A DNA stretch of 64,000 nucleotides, taken from positions 101,047-165,046 of the forward strand of contig JAUCBJ010009154.1 in the NCBI GenBank assembly GCA_032718475.1, read 5' to 3'. The stretch's first letter is position 1. Each line of letters opens with the position of its first letter. Both the position numbers and the translations under genes were made by a program. Source of the DNA: Nemertoderma westbladi. Taxonomy: Eukaryota; Animalia; Xenacoelomorpha. The notes under the pieces were generated by a model that worked only from the letters and a program-made list of their open reading frames with translations, did not search any database and was not told the origin of the DNA. This document shows, piece by piece, positions 45,001-56,851 of the stretch.

Positions 45001-48000
45001 TTCGATCTTCCTCCTTTCGTTCTCTATAAATGAGTCCGCCATATTAACTTATCCTTTCTTTGCTATAAATGAGTCCGCCATATTAACTTATCCTTTCGAT
45101 CTTCCTCCTTTCGTTCTCTATAAATGAGTCCGTCATATTAACTTATCCTTTCGTTCTCTATAAATGAGTCCGCCATATTAACTTATCCTTTCTTTGCTAT
45201 AAATGAGTCCGCCATATTAACTTATCCTTTCTTTGCTATAAATGAGTCCGCCATATTAACTTATCCTTTCGATCTTCCTCCTTTCGTTCTCTATAAATGA
45301 GTCCGCCATATTAACTTATCCTTTCGATCTTCCTCCTTTCGTTCTCTATAAATGAGTCCGCCATATTAACTTATCCTTTCGATCTTCCTCCTTTCGTTCT
45401 CTATAAATGAGTCCGTCATATTAACTTATCCTTTCGATCTTCCTCCTTTCGTTCTCTATAAATGAGTCCGCCATATTAACTTATCCTTTCGATCTTCCTC
45501 CTTTCGTTCTCTATAAATGAGTCCGCCATATTAACTTATCCTTTCGATCTTCCTCCTTTCGTTCTCTATAAATGAGTCCGCCATATTAACTTATCCTTTC
45601 GATCTTCCTCCTTTCGTTCTCTATAAATGAGTCCGTCATATTAACTTATCCTTTCGTTCTCTATAAATGAGTCCGCCATATTAACTTATCCTTTCGATCT
45701 TCCTCCTTTCGTTCTCTATAAATGAGTCCGCCATATTAACTTATCCTTTCGTTCTCTATAAATGAGTCCGCCATATTAACTTATCCTTTCTTTGCTATAA
45801 ATGAGTCCGCCATATTAACTTATCCTTTCGATCTTCCTCCTTTCGTTCTCTATAAATGAGTCCGCCATATTAACTTATCCTTTCGTTCTCTATAAATGAG
45901 TCCGCCATATTAACTTATCCTTTCGATCTTCCTCCTTTCGTTCTCTATAAATGAGTCCGCCATATTAACTTATCCTTTCTTTGCTATAAATGAGTCCGCC
46001 ATATTAACTTATCCTTTCGATCTTCCTCCTTTCGTTCTCTATAAATGAGTCCGCCATATTAACTTATACTTTCGATCTTCCTCCTTTCGTTCTCTATAAA
46101 TGAGTCCGCCATATTAACTTATCCTTTCTTTGCTATAAATGAGTCCGCCATATTAACTTATCCTTTCGATCTTCCTCCTTTCGTTCTCTATAAATGAGTC
46201 CGCCATATTAACTTATCCTTTCTTTGCTATAAATGAGTCCGCCATATTAACTTATCCTTTCGTTCTCTATAAATGAGTCCGCCATATTAACTTATACTTT
46301 CGATCTTCCTCCTTTCGTTCTCTATAAATGAGTCCGCCATATTAACTTATCCTTTCGATCTTCCTCCTTTCGTTCTCTATAAATGAGTCCGCCATATTAA
46401 CTTATCCTTTCGATCTTCCTCCTTTCGTTCTCTATAAATGAGTCCGCCATATTAACTTATCCTTTCTTTGCTATAAATGAGTCCGCCATATTAACTTATC
46501 CTTTCTTTGCTATAAATGAGTCCGCCATATTAACTTATCCTTTCTTTGCTATAAATGAGTCCGCCGTATTAACTTATCCTTTCTTTGCTATAAATGAGTC
46601 CGCCATATTAACTTATCCTTTCTTTGCTATAAATGAGTCCGCCATATTAACTTATCCTTTCTTTGCTATAAATGAGTCCGCCATATTAACTTATCCTTTC
46701 GATCTTCCTCCTTTCGTTCTCTATAAATGAGTCCGCCATATTAACTTATCCTTTCTTTGCTATAAATGAGTCCGCCATATTAACTTATCCTTTCTTTGCT
46801 ATAAATGAGTCCGCCATATTAACTTATCCTTTCTTTGCTATAAATGAGTCCGCCATATTAACTTATCCTTTCGTTCTCTATAAATGAGTCCGCCATATTA
46901 ACTTATCCTTTCTTTGCTATAAATGAGTCCGCCATATTAACTTATCCTTTCTTTGCTATAAATGAGTCCGCCATATTAACTTATCATTTCTTTGCTATAA
47001 ATGAGTCCGCCATATTAACTTATCCTTTCGTTCTCTATAAATGAGTCCGCCATATTAATTCCTCCTTTCGTTCTCTATAAATGAGTCCGCCATATTAACT
47101 TATCCTTTCTTTGCTATAAATGAGTCCGCCATATTAACTTATCCTTTCGATCTTCCTCCTTTCGTTCTCTATAAATGAGTCCGCCATATTAACTTATCCT
47201 TTCGATCTTCCTCCTTTCCTTCTCTATAAATGAGTCCGCCATATTAACTTATCCTTTCGATCTTCCTCCTTTCGTTCTCTATAAATGAGTCCGCCATATT
47301 AACTTATCCTTTCGTTCTCTATAAATGAGTCCGCCATATTAACTTATCCTTTCGATCTTCCTCCTTTCGTTCTCTATAAATGAGTCCGCCATATTAACTT
47401 ATCCTTTCGATCTTCCTCCTTTCGTTCTCTATAAATGAGTCCGCCATATTAACTTATCCTTTCGATCTTCCTCCTTTCGTTCTCTATAAATGAGTCCGCC
47501 ATATTAACTTATCCTTTCGATCTTCCTCCTTTCGTTCTCTATAAATGAGTCCGCCATATTAACTTATCCTTTCGATCTTCCTCCTTTCGTTCTCTATAAA
47601 TGAGTCCGCCATATTAACTTATCCTTTCGATCTTCCTCCTTTCGTTCTCTATAAATGAGTCCGCCATATTAACTTATCCTTTCGATCTTCCTCCTTTCGT
47701 TCTCTATAAATGAGTCCGCCATATTAACTTATCCTTTCGATCTTCCTCCTTTCCTTCTCTATAAATGAGTCCGCCATATTAACTTATCCTTTCGATCTTC
47801 CTCCTTTCGTTCTCTATAAATGAGTCCGCCATATTAACTTATCCTTTCGATCTTCCTCCTTTCGTTCTCTATAAATGAGTCCGCCATATTAACTTATCCT
47901 TTCGATCTTCCTCCTTTCCTTCTCTATAAATGAGTCCGCCATATTAACTTATCCTTTCGATCTTCCTCCTTTCCTTCTCTATAAATGAGTCCGCCATATT

Positions 48001-51000
48001 AACTTATCCTTTCGATCTTCCTCCTTTCCTTCTCTATAAATGAGTCCGCCATATTAACTTATCCTTTCGATCTTCCTCCTTTCGTTCTCTATAAATGAGT
48101 CCGCCATATTAACTTATCCTTTCGATCTTCCTCCTTTCCTTCTCTATAAATGAGTCCGCCATATTAACTTATCCTTTCGATCTTCCTCCTTTCGTTCTCT
48201 ATAAATGAGTCCGCCATATTAACTTATCCTTTCTTTGCTATAAATGAGTCCGCCATATTAACTTATCCTTTCGATCTTCCTCCTTTCCTTCTCTATAAAT
48301 GAGTCCGCCATATTAACTTATCCTTTCGATCTTCCTCCTTTCGTTCTCTATAAATGAGTCCGCCGTATTAATTCCTCCTTTCGTTCTCTATAAATGAGTC
48401 CGCCATATTAACTTATCCTTTCGATCTTCCTCCTTTCGTTCTCTATAAATGAGTCCGCCATATTAACTTATCCTTTCGATCTTCCTCCTTTCCTTCTCTA
48501 TAAATGAGTCCGCCATATTAACTTATCCTTTCGATCTTCCTCCTTTCGTTCTCTATAAATGAGTCCGCCATATTAACTTATCCTTTCTTTGCTATAAATG
48601 AGTCCGCCATATTAACTTATCCTTTCGATCTTCCTCCTTTCGTTCTCTATAAATGAGTCCGCCATATTAACTTATCCTTTCGATCTTCCTCCTTTCGTTC
48701 TCTATAAATGAGTCCGCCATATTAACTTATCCTTTCGATCTTCCTCCTTTCCTTCTCTATAAATGAGTCCGCCATATTAACTTATCCTTTCGATCTTCCT
48801 CCTTTCCTTCTCTATAAATGAGTCCGCCATATTAACTTATCCTTTCGATCTTCCTCCTTTCCTTCTCTATAAATGAGTCCGCCATATTAACTTATCCTTT
48901 CTTTGCTATAAATGAGTCCGCCATATTAACTTATCCTTTCGATCTTCCTCCTTTCCTTCTCTATAAATGAGTCCGCCATATTAACTTATCCTTTCGATCT
49001 TCCTCCTTTCGTTCTCTATAAATGAGTCCGCCGTATTAATTCCTCCTTTCGTTCTCTATAAATGAGTCCGCCATATTAACTTATCCTTTCGATCTTCCTC
49101 CTTTCCTTCTCTATAAATGAGTCCGCCATATTAACTTATCCTTTCGATCTTCCTCCTTTCGTTCTCTATAAATGAGTCCGCCATATTAACTTATCCTTTC
49201 GATCTTCCTCCTTTCCTTCTCTATAAATGAGTCCGCCATATTAACTTATCCTTTCGATCTTCCTCCTTTCGTTCTCTATAAATGAGTCCGCCATATTAAC
49301 TTATCCTTTCTTTGCTATAAATGAGTCCGCCATATTAACTTATCCTTTCGATCTTCCTCCTTTCCTTCTCTATAAATGAGTCCGCCATATTAACTTATCC
49401 TTTCGATCTTCCTCCTTTCGTTCTCTATAAATGAGTCCGCCGTATTAATTCCTCCTTTCGTTCTCTATAAATGAGTCCGCCATATTAACTTATCCTTTCG
49501 ATCTTCCTCCTTTCGTTCTCTATAAATGAGTCCGCCGTATTAATTCCTCCTTTCGTTCTCTATAAATGAGTCCGCCATATTAACTTATCCTTTCGATCTT
49601 CCTCCTTTCGTTCTCTATAAATGAGTCCGCCATATTAACTTATCCTTTCGATCTTCCTCCTTTCGTTCTCTATAAATGAGTCCGCCATATTAACTTATCC
49701 TTTCGTTCTCTATAAATGAGTCCGCCATATTAACTTATCCTTTCGTTCTCTATAAATGAGTCCGCCATATTAACTTATCCTTTCGTTCTCTATAAATGAG
49801 TCCGCCATATTAACTTATCCTTTCGTTCTCTATAAATGAGTCCGCCATATTAACTTATCCTTTCGTTCTCTATAAATGAGTCCGCCATATTAACTTATCC
49901 TTTCTTTGCTATAAATGAGTCCGCCATATTAACTTATCCTTTCGATCTTCCTCCTTTCGTTCTCTATAAATGAGTCCGCCATATTAACTTATCCTTTCTT
50001 TGCTATAAATGAGTCCGCCATATTAACTTATCCTTTCGATCTTCCTCCTTTCGTTCTCTATAAATGAGTCCGCCATATTAACTTATCCTTTCGATCTTCC
50101 TCCTTTCGTTCTCTATAAATGAGTCCGCCATATTAACTTATCCTTTCGATCTTCCTCCTTTCCTTCTCTATAAATGAGTCCGCCATATTAACTTATCCTT
50201 TCGATCTTCCTCCTTTCGTTCTCTATAAATGAGTCCGCCATATTAACTTATCCTTTCGATCTTCCTCCTTTCCTTCTCTATAAATGAGTCCGCCATATTA
50301 ACTTATCCTTTCGATCTTCCTCCTTTCGTTCTCTATAAATGAGTCCGCCATATTAACTTATCCTTTCGTTCTCTATAAATGAGTCCGCCATATTAACTTA
50401 TCCTTTCTTTGCTATAAATGAGTCCGCCATATTAACTTATCCTTTCGATCTTCCTCCTTTCGTTCTCTATAAATGAGTCCGCCATATTAACTTATCCTTT
50501 CGATCTTCCTCCTTTCGTTCTCTATAAATGAGTCCGCCATATTAACTTATCCTTTCGTTCTCTATAAATGAGTCCGCCGTATTAACTTATCCTTTCTTTG
50601 CTATAAATGAGTCCGCCATATTAACTTATCCTTTCGATCTTCCTCCTTTCCTTCTCTATAAATGAGTCCGCCATATTAACTTATCCTTTCGATCTTCCTC
50701 CTTTCGTTCTCTATAAATGAGTCCGCCATATTAACTTATCCTTTCGTTCTCTATAAATGAGTCCGCCGTATTAACTTATCCTTTCTTTGCTATAAATGAG
50801 TCCGCCATATTAACTTATCCTTTCGATCTTCCTCCTTTCCTTCTCTATAAATGAGTCCGCCATATTAACTTATCCTTTCGATCTTCCTCCTTTCGTTCTC
50901 TATAAATGAGTCCGCCATATTAACTTATCCTTTCTTTGCTATAAATGAGTCCGCCATATTAACTTATCCTTTCGATCTTCCTCCTTTCGTTCTCTATAAA

Positions 51001-54000
51001 TGAGTCCGCCATATTAACTTATCCTTTCGTTCTCTATAAATGAGTCCGCCATATTAACTTATCCTTTCGTTCTTCCTCCTTTCGTTCTCTATAAATGAGT
51101 CCGCCGTATTAACTTATCCTTTCGATCTTCCTCCTTTCCTTCTCTATAAATGAGTCCGCCATATTAACTTATCCTTTCGATCTTCCTCCTTTCGTTCTCT
51201 ATAAATGAGTCCGCCATATTAACTTATCCTTTCGTTCTCTATAAATGAGTCCGCCATATTAACTTATCCTTTCGATCTTCCTCCTTTCGTTCTCTATAAA
51301 TGAGTCCGCCATATTAACTTATCCTTTCGTTCTCTATAAATGAGTCCGCCGTATTAACTTATCCTTTCGATCTTCCTCCTTTCCTTCTCTATAAATGAGT
51401 CCGCCATATTAACTTATCCTTTCGATCTTCCTCCTTTCCTTCTCTATAAATGAGTCCGCCATATTAACTTATCCTTTCGTTCTCTATAAATGAGTCCGCC
51501 ATATTAACTTATCCTTTCTTTACTATAAATGAGTCCGCCATATTAACTTATCCTTTCGATCTTCCTCCTTTCGTTCTCTATAAATGAGTCCGCCATATTA
51601 ACTTATCCTTTCGATCTTCCTCCTTTCGTTCTCTATAAATGAGTCCGCCATATTAACTTATCCTTTCGTTCTCTATAAATGAGTCCGCCATATTAACTTA
51701 TCCTTTCGATCTTCCTCCTTTCGTTCTCTATAAATGAGTCCGCCATATTAACTTATCCTTTCGATCTTCCTCCTTTCGTTCTCTATAAATGAGTCCGCCA
51801 TATTAACTTATCCTTTCTTTGCTATAAATGAGTCCGCCATATTAACTTATCCTTTCGATCTTCCTCCTTTCGTTCTCTATAAATGAGTCCGTCATATTAA
51901 CTTATCCTTTCGTTCTCTATAAATGAGTCCGCCATATTAACTTATCCTTTCTTTGCTATAAATGAGTCCGCCATATTAACTTATCCTTTCTTTGCTATAA
52001 ATGAGTCCGCCATATTAACTTATCCTTTCGATCTTCCTCCTTTCGTTCTCTATAAATGAGTCCGCCATATTAACTTATCCTTTCGATCTTCCTCCTTTCG
52101 TTCTCTATAAATGAGTCCGCCATATTAACTTATCCTTTCGATCTTCCTCCTTTCGTTCTCTATAAATGAGTCCGTCATATTAACTTATCCTTTCGATCTT
52201 CCTCCTTTCGTTCTCTATAAATGAGTCCGCCATATTAACTTATCCTTTCGATCTTCCTCCTTTCGTTCTCTATAAATGAGTCCGCCATATTAACTTATCC
52301 TTTCGATCTTCCTCCTTTCGTTCTCTATAAATGAGTCCGCCATATTAACTTATCCTTTCGATCTTCCTCCTTTCGTTCTCTATAAATGAGTCCGCCATAT
52401 TAACTTATCCTTTCGATCTTCCTCCTTTCGTTCTCTATAAATGAGTCCGCCATATTAACTTATCCTTTCGATCTTCCTCCTTTCGTTCTCTATAAATGAG
52501 TCCGCCATATTAACTTATCCTTTCGATCTTCCTCCTTTCGTTCTCTATAAATGAGTCCGTCATATTAACTTATCCTTTCGTTCTCTATAAATGAGTCCGC
52601 CATATTAACTTATCCTTTCGATCTTCCTCCTTTCGTTCTCTATAAATGAGTCCGTCATATTAACTTATCCTTTCGTTCTCTATAAATGAGTCCGTCATAT
52701 TAACTTATCCTTTCGTTCTCTATAAATGAGTCCGCCATATTAACTTATCCTTTCTTTACTATAAATGAGTCCGCCATATTAACTTATCCTTTCGATCTTC
52801 CTCCTTTCGTTCTCTATAAATGAGTCCGTCATATTAACTTATCCTTTCGTTCTCTATAAATGAGTCCGCCATATTAACTTATCCTTTCGATCTTCCTCCT
52901 TTCGTTCTCTATAAATGAGTCCGTCATATTAACTTATCCTTTCGTTCTCTATAAATGAGTCCGTCATATTAACTTATCCTTTCGTTCTCTATAAATGAGT
53001 CCGCCATATTAACTTATCCTTTCGATCTTCCTCCTTTCGTTCTCTATAAATGAGTCCGTCATATTAACTTATCCTTTCGTTCTCTATAAATGAGTCCGTC
53101 ATATTAACTTATCCTTTCGTTCTCTATAAATGAGTCCGCCATATTAACTTATCCTTTCGATCTTCCTCCTTTCGTTCTCTATAAATGAGTCCGTCATATT
53201 AACTTATCCTTTCGTTCTCTATAAATGAGTCCGCCATATTAACTTATCCTTTCGATCTTCCTCCTTTCGTTCTCTATAAATGAGTCCGTCATATTAACTT
53301 ATCCTTTCGTTCTCTATAAATGAGTCCGCCATATTAACTTATCCTTTCGATCTTCCTCCTTTCGTTCTCTATAAATGAGTCCGCCATATTAACTTATCCT
53401 TTCGATCTTCCTCCTTTCGTTCTCTATAAATGAGTCCGCCATATTAACTTATCCTTTCGATCTTCCTCCTTTCGTTCTCTATAAATGAGTCCGTCATATT
53501 AACTTATCCTTTCGTTCTCTATAAATGAGTCCGCCATATTAACTTATCCTTTCGATCTTCCTCCTTTCGTTCTCTATAAATGAGTCCGTCATATTAACTT
53601 ATCCTTTCGTTCTCTATAAATGAGTCCGCCATATTAACTTATCCTTTCGATCTTCCTCCTTTCGTTCTCTATAAATGAGTCCGTCATATTAACTTATCCT
53701 TTCGTTCTCTATAAATGAGTCCGCCATATTAACTTATCCTTTCGTTCTTCCTCCTTTCGTTCTCTATAAATGAGTCCGCCATATTAACTTATCCTTTCGA
53801 TCTTCCTCCTTTCGTTCTCTATAAATGAGTCCGCCATATTAACTTATCCTTTCTTTGCTATAAATGAGTCCGCCATATTAACTTATCCTTTCGATCTTCC
53901 TCCTTTCGTTCTCTATAAATGAGTCCGCCATATTAACTTATCCTTTCGATCTTCCTCCTTTCCTTCTCTATAAATGAGTCCGCCATATTAACTTATCCTT

Positions 54001-55565
54001 TCGATCTTCCTCCTTTCGTTCTCTATAAATGAGTCCGCCATATTAACTTATACTTTCGATCTTCCTCCTTTCCTTCTCTATAAATGAGTCCGCCATATTA
54101 ACTTATCCTTTCGATCTTCCTCCTTTCCTTCTCTATAAATGAGTCCGCCATATTAACTTATCCTTTCGATCTTCCTCCTTTCGTTCTCTATAAATGAGTC
54201 CGCCATATTAACTTATCCTTTCTTTGCTATAAATGAGTCCGCCATATTAACTTATCCTTTCGTTCTCTATAAATGAGTCCGCCATATTAACTTATCCTTT
54301 CTTTGCTATAAATGAGTCCGCCATATTAACTTATCCTTTCGATCTTCCTCCTTTCGTTCTCTATAAATGAGTCCGCCATATTAACTTATCCTTTCGTTCT
54401 CTATAAATGAGTCCGCCATATTAACTTATCCTTTCGATCTTCCTCCTTTCGTTCTCTATAAATGAGTCCGCCATATTAACTTATCCTTTCTTTGCTATAA
54501 ATGAGTCCGCCATATTAACTTATCCTTTCGATCTTCCTCCTTTCGTTCTCTATAAATGAGTCCGCCATATTAACTTATCCTTTCTTTGCTATAAATGAGT
54601 CCGCCATATTAACTTATCCTTTCGTTCTCTATAAATGAGTCCGCCATATTAACTTATACTTTCGATCTTCCTCCTTTCGTTCTCTATAAATGAGTCCGCC
54701 ATATTAACTTATCCTTTCGATCTTCCTCCTTTCGTTCTCTATAAATGAGTCCGCCATATTAACTTATCCTTTCGATCTTCCTCCTTTCGTTCTCTATAAA
54801 TGAGTCCGCCATATTAACTTATCCTTTCTTTGCTATAAATGAGTCCGCCATATTAACTTATCCTTTCTTTGCTATAAATGAGTCCGCCATATTAACTTAT
54901 CCTTTCTTTGCTATAAATGAGTCCGCCGTATTAACTTATCCTTTCTTTGCTATAAATGAGTCCGCCATATTAACTTATCCTTTCTTTGCTATAAATGAGT
55001 CCGCCATATTAACTTATCCTTTCGATCTTCCTCCTTTCGTTCTCTATAAATGAGTCCGCCATATTAACTTATCCTTTCGATCTTCCTCCTTTCGTTCTCT
55101 ATAAATGAGTCCGCCATATTAACTTATCCTTTCTTTGCTATAAATGAGTCCGCCATATTAACTTATCCTTTCTTTGCTATAAATGAGTCCGCCATATTAA
55201 CTTATCCTTTCTTTGCTATAAATGAGTCCGCCATATTAACTTATCCTTTCGTTCTCTATAAATGAGTCCGCCATATTAACTTATCCTTTCTTTGCTATAA
55301 ATGAGTCCGCCATATTAACTTATCCTTTCTTTGCTATAAATGAGTCCGCCATATTAACTTATCATTTCTTTGCTATAAATGAGTCCGCCATATTAACTTA
55401 TCCTTTCGTTCTCTATAAATGAGTCCGCCATATTAACTTATCCTTTCTTTGCTATAAATGAGTCCGCCATATTAACTTATCCTTTCTTTGCTATAAATGA
55501 GTCCGCCATATTAACTTATCCTTTCGATCTTTATCCTTTCGCCCTTTATCCTTTCGTTCTCTATA
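1..55565. repeat. Large tandem satellite array with a 35-bp conserved core and 39/40/55-bp monomer classes; open at the left window edge
   Basis: The core ctataaatgagtccgccatattaacttatcctttc is followed by tttg (39 bp), gttct/cttct (40 bp) or gatcttcctcctttc[g/c]ttct (55 bp). It repeats head-to-tail with no foreign sequence seen until ...gttctctata at 55565. Confidence 0.99.
40080..52380. repeat. 6,759-bp tandem segmental duplication inside the satellite (copy 1 from ~40080, copy 2 from ~46840)
   Basis: Rare variants recur at an offset of exactly 6759: tcattt 40227/46986, gccgtattaattcc 41606/48365, cgttcttcc 44311/51070, tttacta 44763/51522, gtcat 45416/52175. Outer boundaries are approximate. 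Confidence 0.9.
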
Positions 55566-55578
55566 CTGTACTAGAAAG

Positions 55579-55598
55579 GCATTTCCTAAAGGAAATGC
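55579..55598 (-). other. 3' terminal hairpin of the element (putative rolling-circle termination signal); same sequence in E4, E5, E6 and E7
   Basis: gcatttcc-taaa-ggaaatgc is a perfect 8-bp stem, 8 nt from the CTAG terminus. Confidence 0.85.
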
Positions 55599-55600
55599 AA

Positions 55601-55619
55601 CCACGAAGCTAAGGAAAAT
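55601..55619. repeat. 3' subterminal inverted repeat (19 bp), partner of 56832-56850
   Basis: ccacgaagctaaggaaaat is the exact reverse complement of attttccttagcttcgtgg. It lies 30 bp inside one end and 1 bp inside the other, so the pair is asymmetric. Confidence 0.93.
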
Positions 55620-56797
55620 TAAACAAAGGGCCATAATTTGGTTTGTTGCTTAGCCTAGTTTAGTAGCATTTGCCAATAAATAACTTATATTCCCATGGAA
55701 ACTAGAATTCTCTGGAACTGTTGGTTTTACCTTTGAAAAAAGATTCAGTACAGATTGTGGTTCAGATAACACATACCGTACCAAGTTTCAGAAAATATTG
55801 TAGTTTATGTCCAAATTACCGATTTTCTATCATAATGCATCTGTTTGCAGTGGTTGTCATGGAAACTGAAAAATAGAACAATGTAATTCGGATGCAGAAT
55901 AAGTCATATAATGGGGTAGGTCTTGGTCCCAAGTCATAATACTATTAACTTGTGTTTCAAATTATCATTTTAGAAATTTTAACATCTGTTTAGTCTTGTT
56001 GCTATGGTAATTGGATTGTGTAATTAACCTCGAATGGATTGTATATGGACCTTACAGATGACTTGCAAAACCCCAAATTTATATTTATTACATTATTTTG
56101 CTGCAAATAGAGTATTGAATTTAGACTTGAATGATATCGACTTTAATAAACTCCAGTTACCATGGTAACAAGATAATATTTATGGAATGTTTTAGGTTTT
56201 ACTAAAAGTTTCAACTAGTGGTCCAGATAACACATATCCAATTTCGTAAAATTTTATCGCGAAGTCTATGTCCAAATGAGTTATTTTTGTATAAAAACAT
56301 ATGTTTTCAGCGGTTGTCATGGTAACTGCAAAATTAAACAATGAAATTCGGACGCAGAATAAGTCATATAGTGGGGGTAGGGGTTGGTCCCAAGACATAA
56401 CACATTAACCTTAGGCTTCAAATTAACATTTTATAAATTTTAACATCTGTTTAGCCCGGTTGCCAAGGTAACTGGAATTTCTATTTAACCTCAATCGGCT
56501 CTGCTATGGACCTTATAGTTGAGTTGAGAAATCCCAAGTTTATACAGTATGTATTATAGTTTTCCTACAAATAGAGTTATAAATATTGACTTGAAATACA
56601 TAGACTTTTTTCTAAGTCCGTTGCCATGGAAACCAGATTTTTCCTGAATATGAGACCCATCCCACACGACGCGCCTCGATGAGTAGTACATACATGCAAA
56701 ATTTCAGGGTACTTTTAAAGGCTAGTTTTTTCCCCGACCAAAAAAAACCAAATCTGCCTCACACAAGTAAAATAGCCCACTATGAATAGACCATCTC

Positions 56798-56851
56798 AGC
56801 TAAGGAAAATCTTTCTTAGCGAAAGTAGTTGATTTTCCTTAGCTTCGTGGA
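56798..56851 (-). other. 5' end block: subTIR plus adjacent partial inverted repeat forming a 14-bp stem-loop
   Basis: agctaaggaaaatc (56798-56811) pairs with gattttccttagct (56831-56844). The block reads the same at all six visible 5' ends (56851, 57805, 58765, 60115, 61418, 62729). Confidence 0.85.

Larger units (their letters stand above)
55571..56851 (-). mobile_element. Non-autonomous Helentron/DINE-1(HINE)-like rolling-circle element, full-length copy E1 (1281 bp)
   Basis: The minus strand starts TCCACGAAGCTAAGGAAAAT and ends with subTIR, hairpin GCATTTCC-TTTA-GGAAATGC, then CTTTCTAG. It is flanked by A and T, has no TSD, carries central tandem repeats and has no long ORF. Class assigned from terminal architecture only. 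Confidence 0.85.

Noticed and set aside
1-55565. CRISPR array (35-bp constant repeat with variable intervening sequence)
   Set aside because: The intervening sequences are only 4-20 bp and drawn from a few recurring types rather than unique spacers. There are no cas genes or leader, and the context is eukaryotic repeat DNA.
1-55565. Canonical telomerase-type telomeric repeat
   Set aside because: There is no TTAGGG/TTAGG-like unit, the monomers are 39-55 bp, and kb-scale block duplications indicate recombinational amplification.
55579-55598. Bacterial rho-independent terminator
   Set aside because: There is no upstream gene and only a 3-T tail. The hairpin's fixed position at element ends fits a Helitron-type terminator.
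55601-56850. Cut-and-paste MITE defined by 19-bp TIRs
   Set aside because: The inverted repeats are asymmetric: a conserved 30-bp hairpin-CTAG tail lies outside one of them. Reconstructed empty sites show no target-site duplication.
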